Source: Verrucomicrobiota bacterium (GTDB lineage Bacteria; Verrucomicrobiota; Verrucomicrobiia; Limisphaerales; AAA164-E04). Taken from it: a stretch of DNA of 64,000 nt. The notes beneath the pieces are model-generated. The model did no database searches and was not told where the DNA came from. It worked only from the letters and a program-made list of their open reading frames with translations. The DNA lies in contig CP170459.1 of the NCBI GenBank assembly GCA_047947115.1, positions 3,712,001 to 3,776,000 on the forward strand. Direction: 5' to 3'. Position numbers and translations under genes: made by a program. Of the stretch, positions 9,738 to 20,015 are shown piece by piece (within the stretch, counting starts at the first letter, position 1; every line of letters begins with the position of its first letter).

Positions 9738-11147
9738 ATGCCGAACACACCCGATCCATCCAAACACATGGACGTTCGACTATGGCATGCACTGATTCCA
9801 GTGGTTGCCCTGGTTGGACTCATTGCCGTCACACTGCTGAAATTTGAAGGTGAGGCCCACATCCCTCTGGTGCTCGCTTCCGCGGTGGCGGTAGTGGTCG
9901 GATTGGCCATCGGACACACCTGGGAAACCATCGAGAACGGTATTCTGCGCGGGATCCAGATCGGTATGAAAGCCATCCTGATCCTGTGCGTGATCGGTGT
10001 CATGATCGGTACATGGATCGCCGCCGGCGTGGTGCCCATTCTTATTTATTACGGACTTCAGATACTTTCCCCTGGAATCTTTCTGGTAGCGGCCTGTTTG
10101 ATTTGTGCGGTGGTTTCCCTGGCAACGGGCAGTTCCTGGACCACCGCCAGTACGGTGGGCATTGCTTTGATGGGAGTGGCGACCGGTTTGAACGTACCTC
10201 CGGCCATGGCCGCCGGAGCGGTGATATCCGGCGCTTACTTCGGGGATAAAATGTCCCCGCTTTCCGATTCCACCAACCTGGCACCCGCCGTTGCCGGATC
10301 GGAATTATTCGAACACATTCGGCACATGCTTTTTACCACGGTGCCTGCATTGATGATCTCGCTGGTGCTTTACGCCATTCTTGGAATGAGGGGATTTGAG
10401 GGCTCGGTGGATACAGGTCAAGTGGACGCCATCACGTCGGCTCTTGGACAACAATTCCAATTGAGTCCCATACTGCTGTTGCCTCCCATGTTCGTCATTG
10501 CGATGGTATTCTTCCGGTGGCAGGCGCTTCCGGCTCTTTTGTTGGCCGCTTTGTTGGGAGGAGTTTTGGCTGTGTGGATCCAAGGTGTTGGGGTGGGGGA
10601 AGTGTTCAACATTGCCCATTACGGATTCACCTCCGAGACCGGCAACGAGGCTGTTGATGCTCTTTTGACCCACGGAGGGTTGGACAGCATGATGAACACC
10701 GTTTCGCTCATTCTTTGCGCCCTCACATTTGGCGGCGTGATGGAAAGTGCCGGTATGCTGGGCATCCTGGCCGGTTCGATATTGAAACTGGCCAAATCCA
10801 CCGGATCACTTGTAGCCGCCACGGTCGCCACCTGTGTGGGGATGAACATCCTGGCGCCGGATCAGTATCTGTCGATCATCGTACCAGGTCGCATGTATCG
10901 CGAGGAATACCACAAACGCGGACTGCACCCCAAAAACCTGTCCCGCACGCTTGAAGATGCCGGAACACTGAGTTCCCCCCTGGTTGCTTGGAACTCCTGC
11001 GGAGCCTTCATGGCAGGCACTCTGGCTGTTTCTCCGATGGCCTACCTTCCTTATGCTTTTTTGAACTGGCTGACTCCCATCGTAGCGATCTTCCTTGCCT
11101 ACACGGGGTGGACCATTGTCCGTTTAAAAGGTGAGAAGGATCATTGA
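9738..11147 (+). CDS. nhaC: Na+/H+ antiporter NhaC
   Basis: TGSSWTTASTVG, GAYFGDKMSPLSDSTNLAP, LSRTLEDAGT...PLVAWNSCG. Confidence 0.93.
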   Translation: MPNTPDPSKHMDVRLWHALIPVVALVGLIAVTLLKFEGEAHIPLVLASAVAVVVGLAIGHTWETIENGILRGIQIGMKAILILCVIGVMIGTWIAAGVVPILIYYGLQILSPGIFLVAACLICAVVSLATGSSWTTASTVGIALMGVATGLNVPPAMAAGAVISGAYFGDKMSPLSDSTNLAPAVAGSELFEHIRHMLFTTVPALMISLVLYAILGMRGFEGSVDTGQVDAITSALGQQFQLSPILLLPPMFVIAMVFFRWQALPALLLAALLGGVLAVWIQGVGVGEVFNIAHYGFTSETGNEAVDALLTHGGLDSMMNTVSLILCALTFGGVMESAGMLGILAGSILKLAKSTGSLVAATVATCVGMNILAPDQYLSIIVPGRMYREEYHKRGLHPKNLSRTLEDAGTLSSPLVAWNSCGAFMAGTLAVSPMAYLPYAFLNWLTPIVAIFLAYTGWTIVRLKGEKDH

Positions 11148-11305
11148 TTGAACCATTCCCTAGCATTGACAGCGTTGAGAGCAACGCATCAAACGCATCC
11201 AAACCTGTTAAGGCTGAAAATGAGATTATAACATTTGCCAAAAGAAATTTCAGAAAAAACTCTGCGTCACTGCGTCTCTAGCGCAGCGGGCGTGAGAATG
11301 CATAT

Positions 11306-11460
11306 GGGGTCAAGTCTCAATATTCAACATTTGTAAAACGCTACAATTAGTATTTCCTTTTTTTCCTCGATTCCAAATATTTTGAACAACTGCATCTCCA
11401 AAAATGGATTAACAAAATTTCAGTTCCGCCTATAAATGTTGAATGTTGAGACGTGACCCC
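11306..11460. repeat. 155-bp MITE/REP-like element with 27-bp inverted ends
   Basis: GGGGTCAAGTCTCAATATTCAACATTT (11306-11332) versus AAATGTTGAATGTTGAGACGTGACCCC (11434-11460): reverse complements with 2 mismatches; AT-rich non-coding interior. Confidence 0.75.
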
Positions 11461-11583
11461 AAAACCCGTACTGGCCAATGAACTCCGTGCCGCTCTCGTG
11501 GAAAAGGGATTGATTAAGGGGGGAGTTTGATTTGCGTGGTTACGTGATAAATGCTCGTAGTCGAGCCTAAATGGCTCCGGGAA

Positions 11584-11844
11584 CTATTTCATGGGATTAA
11601 AGCCAAGCAACAACAACTGGTCTTTAGCCTCCTCCAGCGAATCAGCTGCGTTGATTGCATCCAGAGTTTTAAAATGAATCGGTTGAGAATCCTCTGCCGG
11701 ATTCAATTTTGGATCGTCCGTTTCTGAAAGCTCTTTCCTCAATTGTTCCATGCGCTGATGTTGTCGACGGTAAATTGAGAGCTTTCCACAGAAATGTTGT
11801 CTACTCTCAAACCATTGACCGTTGCTATCCCGTACCACCGCCAA
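11584..11844 (-). pseudogene. Hypothetical ORF or gene fragment
   Basis: 86-aa ORF with plausible protein composition in a junction region; no family recognised. Confidence 0.3.
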
Positions 11845-12115
11845 GCTCGGTCAAGGCGGGGTGGTGTATTGTAGATGGCAAATAGCCATTTTAGCTCGAA
11901 CTAGCAGGATTGGGGCAGGCTCGATTCATCGTTTGAAAGGTGGACAATAGATCTGTTTTTTGTTTAATCAATGTACAACCTCCACAAGTGCAGTAGAGTG
12001 CTTCGCTGGATCCGACCATTTTTCACAGTTGACGTCAGATGCATCAAACTTAGGCATTGCTTTCCGCCGACCAGAGTGTCTATTGAAGTATGACTTTACC
12101 ACTGAAAGGGTTTGC

Positions 12116-14416
12116 TTGAGTTCTTCCCCTAAATTGGATCGAGTTGCTTTTCTCGGTAATTATCTCCCGCGACTTTGTGGAATCTCGACTTTCACTCATG
12201 ATCTCTGTGAATCAATATCACAGGCTGCCCCGAAGGCTGACTGTTACGTGGTCGCCGTCAACGATCGTCCAGAGGGATACGAATACCCCTCAAGGGTGCG
12301 ATTCGAACTCCGCGACAAGGAACTTGACTCGTACCGACTAGCAGCCGATTACCTGAATTTCAACAATGCTGATTTGCTATGCGTGCAGCATGAGTTCGGA
12401 ATCTATGGAGGCGCTGCCGGAAGCCATCTGCTTACGTTGCTGAATGAGGTGCGCATGCCCGTTGTGACCACCCTGCACACGATCCTGCAGGAACCGAACC
12501 ACGCTCAGCGCAAGGTGATGGAGGAGTTGATCGCCCGTAGCGACCGCCTAGTGGTGATGGCGGAGAAGGGCGCCGAGATTATGCGGGGGACTTACGGGGC
12601 GCCAGATGACAAATTGAATGTCATCCCGCACGGCATTCCCGATCTAGACTTTGTCGAATCGAGCGCCAGCAAAGCGCAATTTGGAGTGGAGAGACGCCGT
12701 GTGCTTTTTACCTTCGGTCTGATTGGCCCGGGCAAAGGGATCGAGTATATGATCGAAGCCCTCCCTGAAATCGTGCGAGAGCATCCCGACGTGGTTTACC
12801 TCATCCTCGGAGCCACCCACCCGCAGTTGCTGGCTAACGAAGGGGAACACTATCGTCTGACTCTAAAACGGTTGGCCGAGGATCTAGGCGTGGCATCTCA
12901 CGTCATCTTCTACAACCGGTTCGTGTCGCTGGATGATCTGAAGGAATTTATCGGCGCGACTGACATTTATGTGACGCCTTACCTCAATGAAGCCCAGGTA
13001 ACGTCTGGCACGCTTGCCTACCTGTTCGGAGCCGGGAAAGTGGTCGTTTCAACTCCATACTGGCACGCGAGTGAATTGCTGGCTGATGGGCGCGGTGTTT
13101 TGGTTCCTTTCCGGGACGCGGGTGCCATCGCCCAGGGGGTTCGCGATCTGCTCGACGACGCGCCGCGGATGAAGCGGATTCAAAAGGACGCCTACGCCAT
13201 AGGGAGGGAGATGATCTGGCCGGCGGTGGCAAGGAGATATCTGGGTGCCTTCAAGCACTCGCTTGTAGCCAGGCAGGAAACGCCGCGGACGGCCTTCGCA
13301 AAGTGGACGATTGACAGTCGCCCCCGGGCGTTGCCGCCACGGCGCCTCGATCACTTGGTTCGCATGAGCGACTCGACCGGCATCTATCAGCACGCAATAT
13401 TCAACGTGCCTAACTTTCACGAGGGCTATTGCACCGATGACAATGCGCGAGCGTTTATCCTCTGCAAACTCCTCGACGAACTCGGAGATGCGCCTTCCTC
13501 GGACAGTCTCAACAGACTCACCACTAACTACCTGGCGTTTCTTGCCGCGGCCCTGGACTGCGAGAGCGGACGGTTCCGGAATTTCATGAGCCATAGCCGA
13601 CTCTGGCTCGAGGACGCCGGCAGTGAAGACAGTCACGGGCGGGCGCTTTGGGCCACCGGCACAGGCGCGGGCCGTTCGCGGGACAAAGGTCACGGAAAAC
13701 TCGCCGCCCAGCTCTTCAGGCGCGGGCTGGAAGTGGTGATGGAGTTCACCTCTCCGCGAGCGTGGGCTTTTACCCTGCTAGGCATCCAGGAATACCTCAG
13801 GCGGGGCACCAGCGATTCGTTCATCGACGCGATCCGCAATGGGCTGACAGAAAAACTGGTAAGCCTCTGGCGCGTGGCCAGTCAAGAAGACTGGCCCTGG
13901 TTCGAGAACAGCCTGACCTACGAAAACGCGCGTCTCAGCCAGGCGCTCATTCTGAGTGGCCAGTGGATGTCATGCCCCGAAGTACTCGATATTGGCCTGA
14001 ACTCCCTGCGTTGGCTGGCTTCGGTCCAGACCACGTCGGTTGGCTGTTTCCGGCCCATCGGCAGCAACGGGTTCTACCGGCGCAACGGAACGCGTGCGGA
14101 ATTCGACCAGCAGCCCGTCGAAGCCCAAGCCATGGTGGCGGCATGCCACGAAGCATTCCGCGCTACCGAGGATCCGATGTGGACAAGAGAGGCCAGGCGT
14201 GCATTCGAGTGGTTTCTAGGCCGCAACGATCTCGACGTTTCTCTGTACGACTTCGCCACGGGCGGTTGCAGTGACGGGCTGCACGCTGACCGCATCAGCG
14301 ACAATTTTGGCGCCGAGTCCACCCTCGCCTTCCATCTCGCCCTCGCCGAAATGGAAAGCACGAAACTACTCTTTGCTGCTCCGGTTGCCAATGCAGCCGA
14401 GGCGAAATCATTATGA
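12116..14416 (+). CDS. GT4-family glycosyltransferase fused to a C-terminal alpha/alpha-toroid (glycoside hydrolase-like) domain
   Basis: GNYLPRLCGISTF, QHEFGIYGG, TFGLIGPGKGIE, SGTLAY..GAGK.VVSTPY; C-terminal GYCTDDNARA, EDSHGRALW, FDQQPVEA, GAESTLA; start estimated at TTG 12116 within ORF 11960..14416. Confidence 0.9.
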   Translation: MSSSPKLDRVAFLGNYLPRLCGISTFTHDLCESISQAAPKADCYVVAVNDRPEGYEYPSRVRFELRDKELDSYRLAADYLNFNNADLLCVQHEFGIYGGAAGSHLLTLLNEVRMPVVTTLHTILQEPNHAQRKVMEELIARSDRLVVMAEKGAEIMRGTYGAPDDKLNVIPHGIPDLDFVESSASKAQFGVERRRVLFTFGLIGPGKGIEYMIEALPEIVREHPDVVYLILGATHPQLLANEGEHYRLTLKRLAEDLGVASHVIFYNRFVSLDDLKEFIGATDIYVTPYLNEAQVTSGTLAYLFGAGKVVVSTPYWHASELLADGRGVLVPFRDAGAIAQGVRDLLDDAPRMKRIQKDAYAIGREMIWPAVARRYLGAFKHSLVARQETPRTAFAKWTIDSRPRALPPRRLDHLVRMSDSTGIYQHAIFNVPNFHEGYCTDDNARAFILCKLLDELGDAPSSDSLNRLTTNYLAFLAAALDCESGRFRNFMSHSRLWLEDAGSEDSHGRALWATGTGAGRSRDKGHGKLAAQLFRRGLEVVMEFTSPRAWAFTLLGIQEYLRRGTSDSFIDAIRNGLTEKLVSLWRVASQEDWPWFENSLTYENARLSQALILSGQWMSCPEVLDIGLNSLRWLASVQTTSVGCFRPIGSNGFYRRNGTRAEFDQQPVEAQAMVAACHEAFRATEDPMWTREARRAFEWFLGRNDLDVSLYDFATGGCSDGLHADRISDNFGAESTLAFHLALAEMESTKLLFAAPVANAAEAKSL

Positions 14417-15924
14417 GTGCTATCCGGATTCGCCGCCATGAGGTGATCTTGCTACCCGAGAGCGCCCGAGTTATCATCCGTCCCTTCATTCCTGGGAGCG
14501 CTCACCTCGTGACGACGATCATCGGCCGCACGCTGGCTCTCACTGAGGAGGAGGTCGCCTGTCAGCTTGACGCGGTTAGGGCAGAATTTGATGATCGACA
14601 CATTGACATCGAGTCGATCTTGCTGACCCACTTTGAGAAAGTGCGCGGGCGCGTTTTCACCCAGCGCCCCCTTTCGCGAGAGAGGCGGCTCCTGATAGGC
14701 GCTTTGTTTTCGGGTGAGTATGCTCTCGAGTCCGCCGCCATCTTCAATCCGTCGATCGTGCCACATCCCGATCAGAGCGACGCTCCTGAGGGCGGGCTGC
14801 GATTCATCATGAGCCTGCGCGCCACCGGCGAGGGGCATATCTCGTCCATCGAATTTCGCGCCGGCACAATAGACGGTGAGGGGCACATCGCGTTCGATCC
14901 CGTCTCCCGGTTCGTCACCGCGCCGGACATCATGCCCGATCCTGACTATGACAGAAGGAGCTTCTTGATCAAGCTGCATGAGATGGGGGTTGACGATTTC
15001 CACATCGGAGCGGTTTTGAATCCGCTTTCGGAGCGTTTCACGCGCAGCGATCTGAACAAAAGCGTGGCAACCGTTCGACACGAATTCAAACCAGCCACCT
15101 ACGAACTGAATCACACCCTCGAGTGCATCCAATGGCTGGCGGACTCGAACTACGAAATACGCTTTCCCGAGCAGCTCGCCATCAGCGAACGCATCATTTT
15201 CCCCGTTTCGGCCAATGAAACGAACGGGATTGAGGATGCCCGATTCGTCCGTTTTGTCGATGACGATGAGACTGTAACTTATTACGCGACCTACACTGCC
15301 TACAATGGCTGTGACATCCTCCCCCAACTGATCCAGACGAAAGACTTTCTCAATTTTCGCGTCCTCACTCTTAATGGTGAAGCGGTGCAGAACAAAGGGA
15401 TGGCGCTCTTCCCACGCCGTATCGGGGGGCGCTACGCGATGCTGTCCCGGCAGGATGACGAAAATCTCTTCATCATGTTCTCTGATAGCCCACATTATTG
15501 GAGCGATCCCCAGGTGATCCTGCGCCCCGCGGCGATGTGGGAGTTGGTTAAAGTGGGCAACTGCGGTTCGCCAATCGAAACCGCCGCCGGCTGGCTGGTG
15601 ATCACCCACGGCGTCGGCCCGATGCGTAAGTACTGCATCGGCGCCATCCTGCTTGATCTTGATGACCCGACCAGAGTCATCGGCCGCCTCCATCAGCCGC
15701 TGATCTGTCCCGAGGGGATCGAGCGTGAGGGCTACGTGCCGAACGTCGTCTACAGTTGCGGTTCGCTGATCCACGGCAGGGACCTCATCCTCCCATTCGC
15801 CGTGAGCGACCGTGCGTCCGTGATTGCCAGCGTCTCTCTGGACGATCTTATGACGGCACTACAGTCCGGCAAGGGACCCGTTCCCTGTTCGAAGAGTAAA
15901 TCCAGTGCCAACTCAACTCCTTAG
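14413..15924 (+). CDS. GH130-family glycoside hydrolase/phosphorylase
   Basis: ESAAIFNPS, SLRATGEGHISS, GIEDARFV, YYATYTAYNG, NKGMALFP, GNCGSPIET, REGYVPNVVYSCG; ATGA overlap with upstream gene. Confidence 0.9.
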   Translation: MSAIRIRRHEVILLPESARVIIRPFIPGSAHLVTTIIGRTLALTEEEVACQLDAVRAEFDDRHIDIESILLTHFEKVRGRVFTQRPLSRERRLLIGALFSGEYALESAAIFNPSIVPHPDQSDAPEGGLRFIMSLRATGEGHISSIEFRAGTIDGEGHIAFDPVSRFVTAPDIMPDPDYDRRSFLIKLHEMGVDDFHIGAVLNPLSERFTRSDLNKSVATVRHEFKPATYELNHTLECIQWLADSNYEIRFPEQLAISERIIFPVSANETNGIEDARFVRFVDDDETVTYYATYTAYNGCDILPQLIQTKDFLNFRVLTLNGEAVQNKGMALFPRRIGGRYAMLSRQDDENLFIMFSDSPHYWSDPQVILRPAAMWELVKVGNCGSPIETAAGWLVITHGVGPMRKYCIGAILLDLDDPTRVIGRLHQPLICPEGIEREGYVPNVVYSCGSLIHGRDLILPFAVSDRASVIASVSLDDLMTALQSGKGPVPCSKSKSSANSTP

Positions 15925-16433
15925 AGGCCGGTCGATCTCGCCGGGTTTCGCGGAGGGTTTTATCCACGTTCAGCGCATTCTGGCGAGTCCTTCCGGCATA
16001 CCAGGAGACGAGGAAACCTACTGCGTTGATGAGGAGATTTCGCGGCTTGATCTGGCCACTCGGAGTATCTCGGACGATCTTCTCGCATTGGCTTCCCGGG
16101 TGGCAAAGGAGATTGATTCGAAGATCGCCGAGGTTTTCAACTTTCACAACATCATGGTGAATGATGGTGCTTTACAAGAAGATTTGAAGAAGGAGATCGC
16201 CGGCAACCTCGTCAGCGCAGGCAGTGCGGTAAAGAAGGTGTTTCTCCGCTGGGAGAACCGGTTCCTGCTTATGGAATCGCAGATCGCCAAGGACAAAGGC
16301 GACGACATGCGAGATCTTTCGAACCGGCTCTGCAACGCTTTGGCGGGAATCACCATTCACCCGTTGGAGGGAATCCCCCCCGGCTGCGTGCTGGCGACGA
16401 CGCGCCTCCTGCCATCGGACACGGTGTTCCTAG
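15905..16433 (+). pseudogene. ptsI: PTS enzyme I-like N-terminal fragment truncated by IS630
   Basis: LRGRSISPGFAEG start, helical domain, ...LLPSDTVFL; stops at the IS630 CTAG before the phospho-His motif; no continuation after the IS. Confidence 0.75.
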
Positions 16434-17584
16434 TGTAGTCCGCCTTACAGATAGCATATTAAAAGAAATGTGTTAAAGTCGTTACATGCGAGTTGCTCCG
16501 CCCATTGAATTGACAGCTAAAGAACGTAAAAAATTGGAAACCATTCGCCGTGGGCGAAGCAGTTCAGTGCGGGCACGTGAACGAGCCGCGATCATTCTGT
16601 TGGCCGCCGATGGATTGGAGAACAAAGAAATCGCCGATCAGCTCGGGCAGGATAAAATGAAAGTGGGACGTTGGAGAAAGCGATACTCCCAAGGCGGTCT
16701 TGAAGCTATTCTCAAAGACAAATCACGGCCTGGTCGAATCAAGCCTCTTTCAAAAGCAAAAGTAGCACTCATTATTAAGCTAACACTCAACGAAAAGCCT
16801 GAAAGCGCTACCCAATGGAGCCGAAGCTTGATGGCTCAAAAGGTAGGAGTAAGTCCCTCCAGTGTAGGTCGAATCTGGGCAGCCAACGGACTCAAACCGC
16901 ATCGGATCAAATCATTCAAACTTTCAAACGACAAACAATTTCAAGAAAAGCTCGAAGACATTGTCGGCCTCTATCTCAGTCCTCCTGAGCATGCGTTGGT
17001 TTTTTCGTGCGACGAGAAGAGTCAAATCCAAGCGCTTGACAGGACTCAACCTGGTTTACCAATGAAGAAGGGACGACTGCGGACAATGACGCATGATTAC
17101 AAACGCAACGGAACGACATCACTTTTCGCGGCTATGAACACAGCCGACGGGAATATTATCGGAACCTGCATGAACAAGCATCGGCATCAGGAATGGATTC
17201 GGTTTCTTAATTTGATTGAAAAATCAACACCCAAAGGAAAAGAGATCCACTTGATCTGTGACAATTACGCAACTCATAAGCACGCCAAAGTCAAAGCGTG
17301 GCAGAAGCGACATCGTCGATTCCATTTCCACTTTACGCCCACCAGTGCTTCATGGTTGAACATGGTGGAACGTTTTTTCCGAGACCTGACGGTCAACACA
17401 ATCAGAGGTGGGGTGTTCCATAGTGTTGGAGATTTAACCCGAGCTATCGAAGAGCATATTACCCATCACAACCAGAATCCAAAACCATTTGTCTGGACGG
17501 CTAACGCGACGGACATTCTTGAGAAAGTTAAGCGTGGCCGAGAGAAACTTGTTAATATGCAGTCTGCTTGACGGACTACACTAG
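16430..17584 (+). mobile_element. IS630-family insertion sequence
   Basis: Ends CTAGTGTAGTCCG (16430) and CGGACTACACTAG (to 17584), CTAG/TA at both ends. Confidence 0.92.
16486..17571 (+). CDS. IS630-family transposase (intact)
   Basis: HTH region, CDEKSQIQALDR, THDYKRNGT, CDNYATHK, HFTPTSASWLNMVERFF. Confidence 0.96.
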   Translation: MRVAPPIELTAKERKKLETIRRGRSSSVRARERAAIILLAADGLENKEIADQLGQDKMKVGRWRKRYSQGGLEAILKDKSRPGRIKPLSKAKVALIIKLTLNEKPESATQWSRSLMAQKVGVSPSSVGRIWAANGLKPHRIKSFKLSNDKQFQEKLEDIVGLYLSPPEHALVFSCDEKSQIQALDRTQPGLPMKKGRLRTMTHDYKRNGTTSLFAAMNTADGNIIGTCMNKHRHQEWIRFLNLIEKSTPKGKEIHLICDNYATHKHAKVKAWQKRHRRFHFHFTPTSASWLNMVERFFRDLTVNTIRGGVFHSVGDLTRAIEEHITHHNQNPKPFVWTANATDILEKVKRGREKLVNMQSA

Positions 17585-17615
17585 AGACGTGACCCCAAAA
17601 TTATGTAGCTAGCGA

Positions 17616-18563
17616 TCAATCATCACTTGCATCGACAAGCGGCCCAATGTATTCGGTAGCCACAACGATCTGGTCAAACCACACGGTGTGTGTTTTTGAG
17701 TTGAAAGGGGTGTTGTGTTTTCCAGCGTGTTGTTCGGTGTATTGAAAGGCTCTTTCGGTGACATAATTCATCAACCAGAAGACATTGGCTTTGAGTTTGC
17801 CCGATGAACGCCAATTGATTCCCGAAAAGTGGCCAATCGGATGGCCATCCTGCCAGACCGATTGTTCTCCATCCGGTTCACCAGGGGTATTCAATTTGAC
17901 TCGGAATTCCATACATATCCATTGGTCCCTTGGAATGACATCACTGTCGGGATGAAATTCGTTGCCCCAGTGCTTGCCATCATTGGATGATTTCATCTTA
18001 TGCCAGTAAGAATAAAACATCCATCGACCCGGTGGTGGGTTTTGTCCCCAATCGAACCAGGGTTCCATTCCTGTGGAGAAACGATCGTCTCCCTCCGGAC
18101 GGTAACCGGCTTTCCCGAAACTGCCCCAGCGTTCGGGTGATCCCTTCAGGTGTACAAAGTGGTGAGTGTAACCCGCATCCTCAGCAAACCTGACATAAAA
18201 GCGTGTGTACACCTCGTCCCCTCCTTCGCCCAGCCACTTGATCAATCCGCCACCACTATCTCTGCCCCGGGTTGCCGTCATCCGGCACGCATGCTCACCA
18301 TGGAAGGCGATGTCCGGATCTTGGGTGACGGCACACCTCGAAGAGTCGCCTTCGGCCTGGTTTTCGTCCCATTTTCCAAAATCTCCGGTCTCAAAATCCT
18401 CGGCAAAAAGCACAGCTGGATCGCGGTCCATTCCGAGATCGCCAGGATGCTTCGCGGCCAATCCCATTTGAACACCTGACGGCGCTTCGGACTGACAGTT
18501 GACAATGAAGATAGAAATTAAGAACGAGAAGGCAGTCGCATGCAGGGTGTCATGGAAATCCAT
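17616..18563 (-). CDS. Exported polysaccharide-lyase-like (PL14-type beta-sandwich) protein
   Basis: Hydrophobic leader ending in C; VLFAEDFE, EVYTRFYVRF, QWICMEFRVKLNTPGEPDGEQSVWQDG, VWFDQIVVA. Confidence 0.6.
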   Translation of the reverse strand: MDFHDTLHATAFSFLISIFIVNCQSEAPSGVQMGLAAKHPGDLGMDRDPAVLFAEDFETGDFGKWDENQAEGDSSRCAVTQDPDIAFHGEHACRMTATRGRDSGGGLIKWLGEGGDEVYTRFYVRFAEDAGYTHHFVHLKGSPERWGSFGKAGYRPEGDDRFSTGMEPWFDWGQNPPPGRWMFYSYWHKMKSSNDGKHWGNEFHPDSDVIPRDQWICMEFRVKLNTPGEPDGEQSVWQDGHPIGHFSGINWRSSGKLKANVFWLMNYVTERAFQYTEQHAGKHNTPFNSKTHTVWFDQIVVATEYIGPLVDASDD

Positions 18564-18806
18564 GGTTCGTCGGGCTCTCATAAGGAAACCCTCACAATAA
18601 ACACCGAATCGGTCAAACTTGTTTTGAATCACCGGTCTTAAGACGGTCTTAGCCCGACTTTCGCTATTCGGGAGTAAAATAAACTATTTTCGGGAGTTGG
18701 AGAGAGGTTTTGATCAATAACGACGGGGTGTCGTGGTTCAAAATGGCCTGTGGTGAAGACCTACCTTATTGCACCCTCCTCTGGAATCTGTGATTCTATA
18801 GGAGTC

Positions 18807-19248
18807 ATGGTTTTGCGAGCCAGCAATCGTCAAAAGAACGGAAAAGATCATCGATACTACAGCGTGGTTGAAAACCGCCGCATCCGCAGTGGCAAACATG
18901 TTCTAAAGATCTTATTGTATTTGGGAGAAATCAATGACACCCAAAAGGCCAGTCGGACCAAAACAATTGATGCGATCGACGAACGCAGCCATCGACAGGT
19001 TGCCCTATTTCCAGAGGACCGAGATATCCCCGAAGGGATTGAAGCAGGTCCTCAAGTAAAACTCAGCCAACTACAACTGCACCGTCCTCGACAATGGGGT
19101 GCGTGTTGGATGGCCTGTGATCTATGGCGCCAACTGAAATTGGATGAGTTTTGGGAACAACGTTTGAGGGAAAGCAGGAAAGGCACTCCTTGGCATTTGG
19201 TTTTGCAAACCTTGGTGGCATATCGATTGATTGATCCAGGCAGCGAGT
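18807..19248 (+). pseudogene. IS1634-family transposase N-terminal fragment
   Basis: KNGKDHRYYSVVENRR, LYLGEIN, RPRQWGACW, SRKGTPW..VLQTLVAYRLIDPGSE, then homology ends; candidate left end TTAGCCCGACTTTCGC at 18649. Confidence 0.85.
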
Positions 19249-19325
19249 TGTTACAACTTTGCAACAACCTTAAACCCAGCCCTAAAAACCTTGAAATAAA
19301 GAACGGTTTTCAACAGACTATAAAA

Positions 19326-19733
19326 ATGTCAGACACACAAATATTCAGAGACGAAACAGGACAAGTCACAGGAATCAGAGTATTGCCACCAACTGCTGAG
19401 GGAGCTCAATATGAAGTCTCTCTCTCCACACAAGGAAGTCTTGAAGGAACCCATTATACAGCCCTGTGGACTTACACTCAGGTCCAACGCAATGACGGTA
19501 GTATCTACGGTCAGGGGGACGGAGTCATGACCACAGAATGCGGAGAAGTCATCTATCTCAAAGGAAGCGGCTCTGCTTCTGGCAAAGAAGCCGATGGGAG
19601 TGTTAAATTCAAAATCATCAACCATCACCACACTGGCGCCTCAAAATTCAAGCACATCAATGGAACCGCCGGCGTTGGTGTTTACATTGTATCTGCAGAA
19701 GGAAAGACAACCGCTCAGATAAACCTTCTCTAA
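19326..19733 (+). CDS. Hypothetical small beta-rich protein
   Basis: C-terminal part of ORF 18750..19733 with its own ATG (MSDTQIFRDETGQVTGIRVL...RNDGSIYGQGDGV); alternating beta-strand pattern. Confidence 0.65.
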   Translation: MSDTQIFRDETGQVTGIRVLPPTAEGAQYEVSLSTQGSLEGTHYTALWTYTQVQRNDGSIYGQGDGVMTTECGEVIYLKGSGSASGKEADGSVKFKIINHHHTGASKFKHINGTAGVGVYIVSAEGKTTAQINLL

Positions 19734-20015
19734 TCGGGAAGGGTTGACGAGTTTGATGGTCCTCAAGACAACCTGAGGACTTTTTTGTCCCCATTATCAT
19801 AGAAAGTATAACCAAGTTTGTCCGCATAGAAGTCTCGGGATGCAGACCCCAGTGGAGTTTGCCAAAAATCATTCAAACTAAGCCAAGATTCTTCCTGCGT
19901 TACGGCTACGGCCTCTACTCCGGCAGAATCTTGCTCCACCGCCCCGGCGTGATATGTCCACCCTATCTTCTCACTCAACTTGGGCCAGAAAGTCGACGGC
20001 CGGCAGGGGAAACCT

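Noticed and set aside
11260..11298. CTCTGCGTCACTGCGTCTCTAGCGCAGCGGGCGTGAGA short repeat-like motif
   Set aside because: Resembles dispersed intergenic repeats but only one copy is visible here, so it cannot be supported
14452..15774. 440-aa minus-strand ORF
   Set aside because: Antisense shadow of the GC-rich GH130 gene; no recognisable motifs
19763..19978. 71-aa minus-strand ORF downstream of the kinase
   Set aside because: TTG start and no recognisable family; may be a fragment, insufficient support
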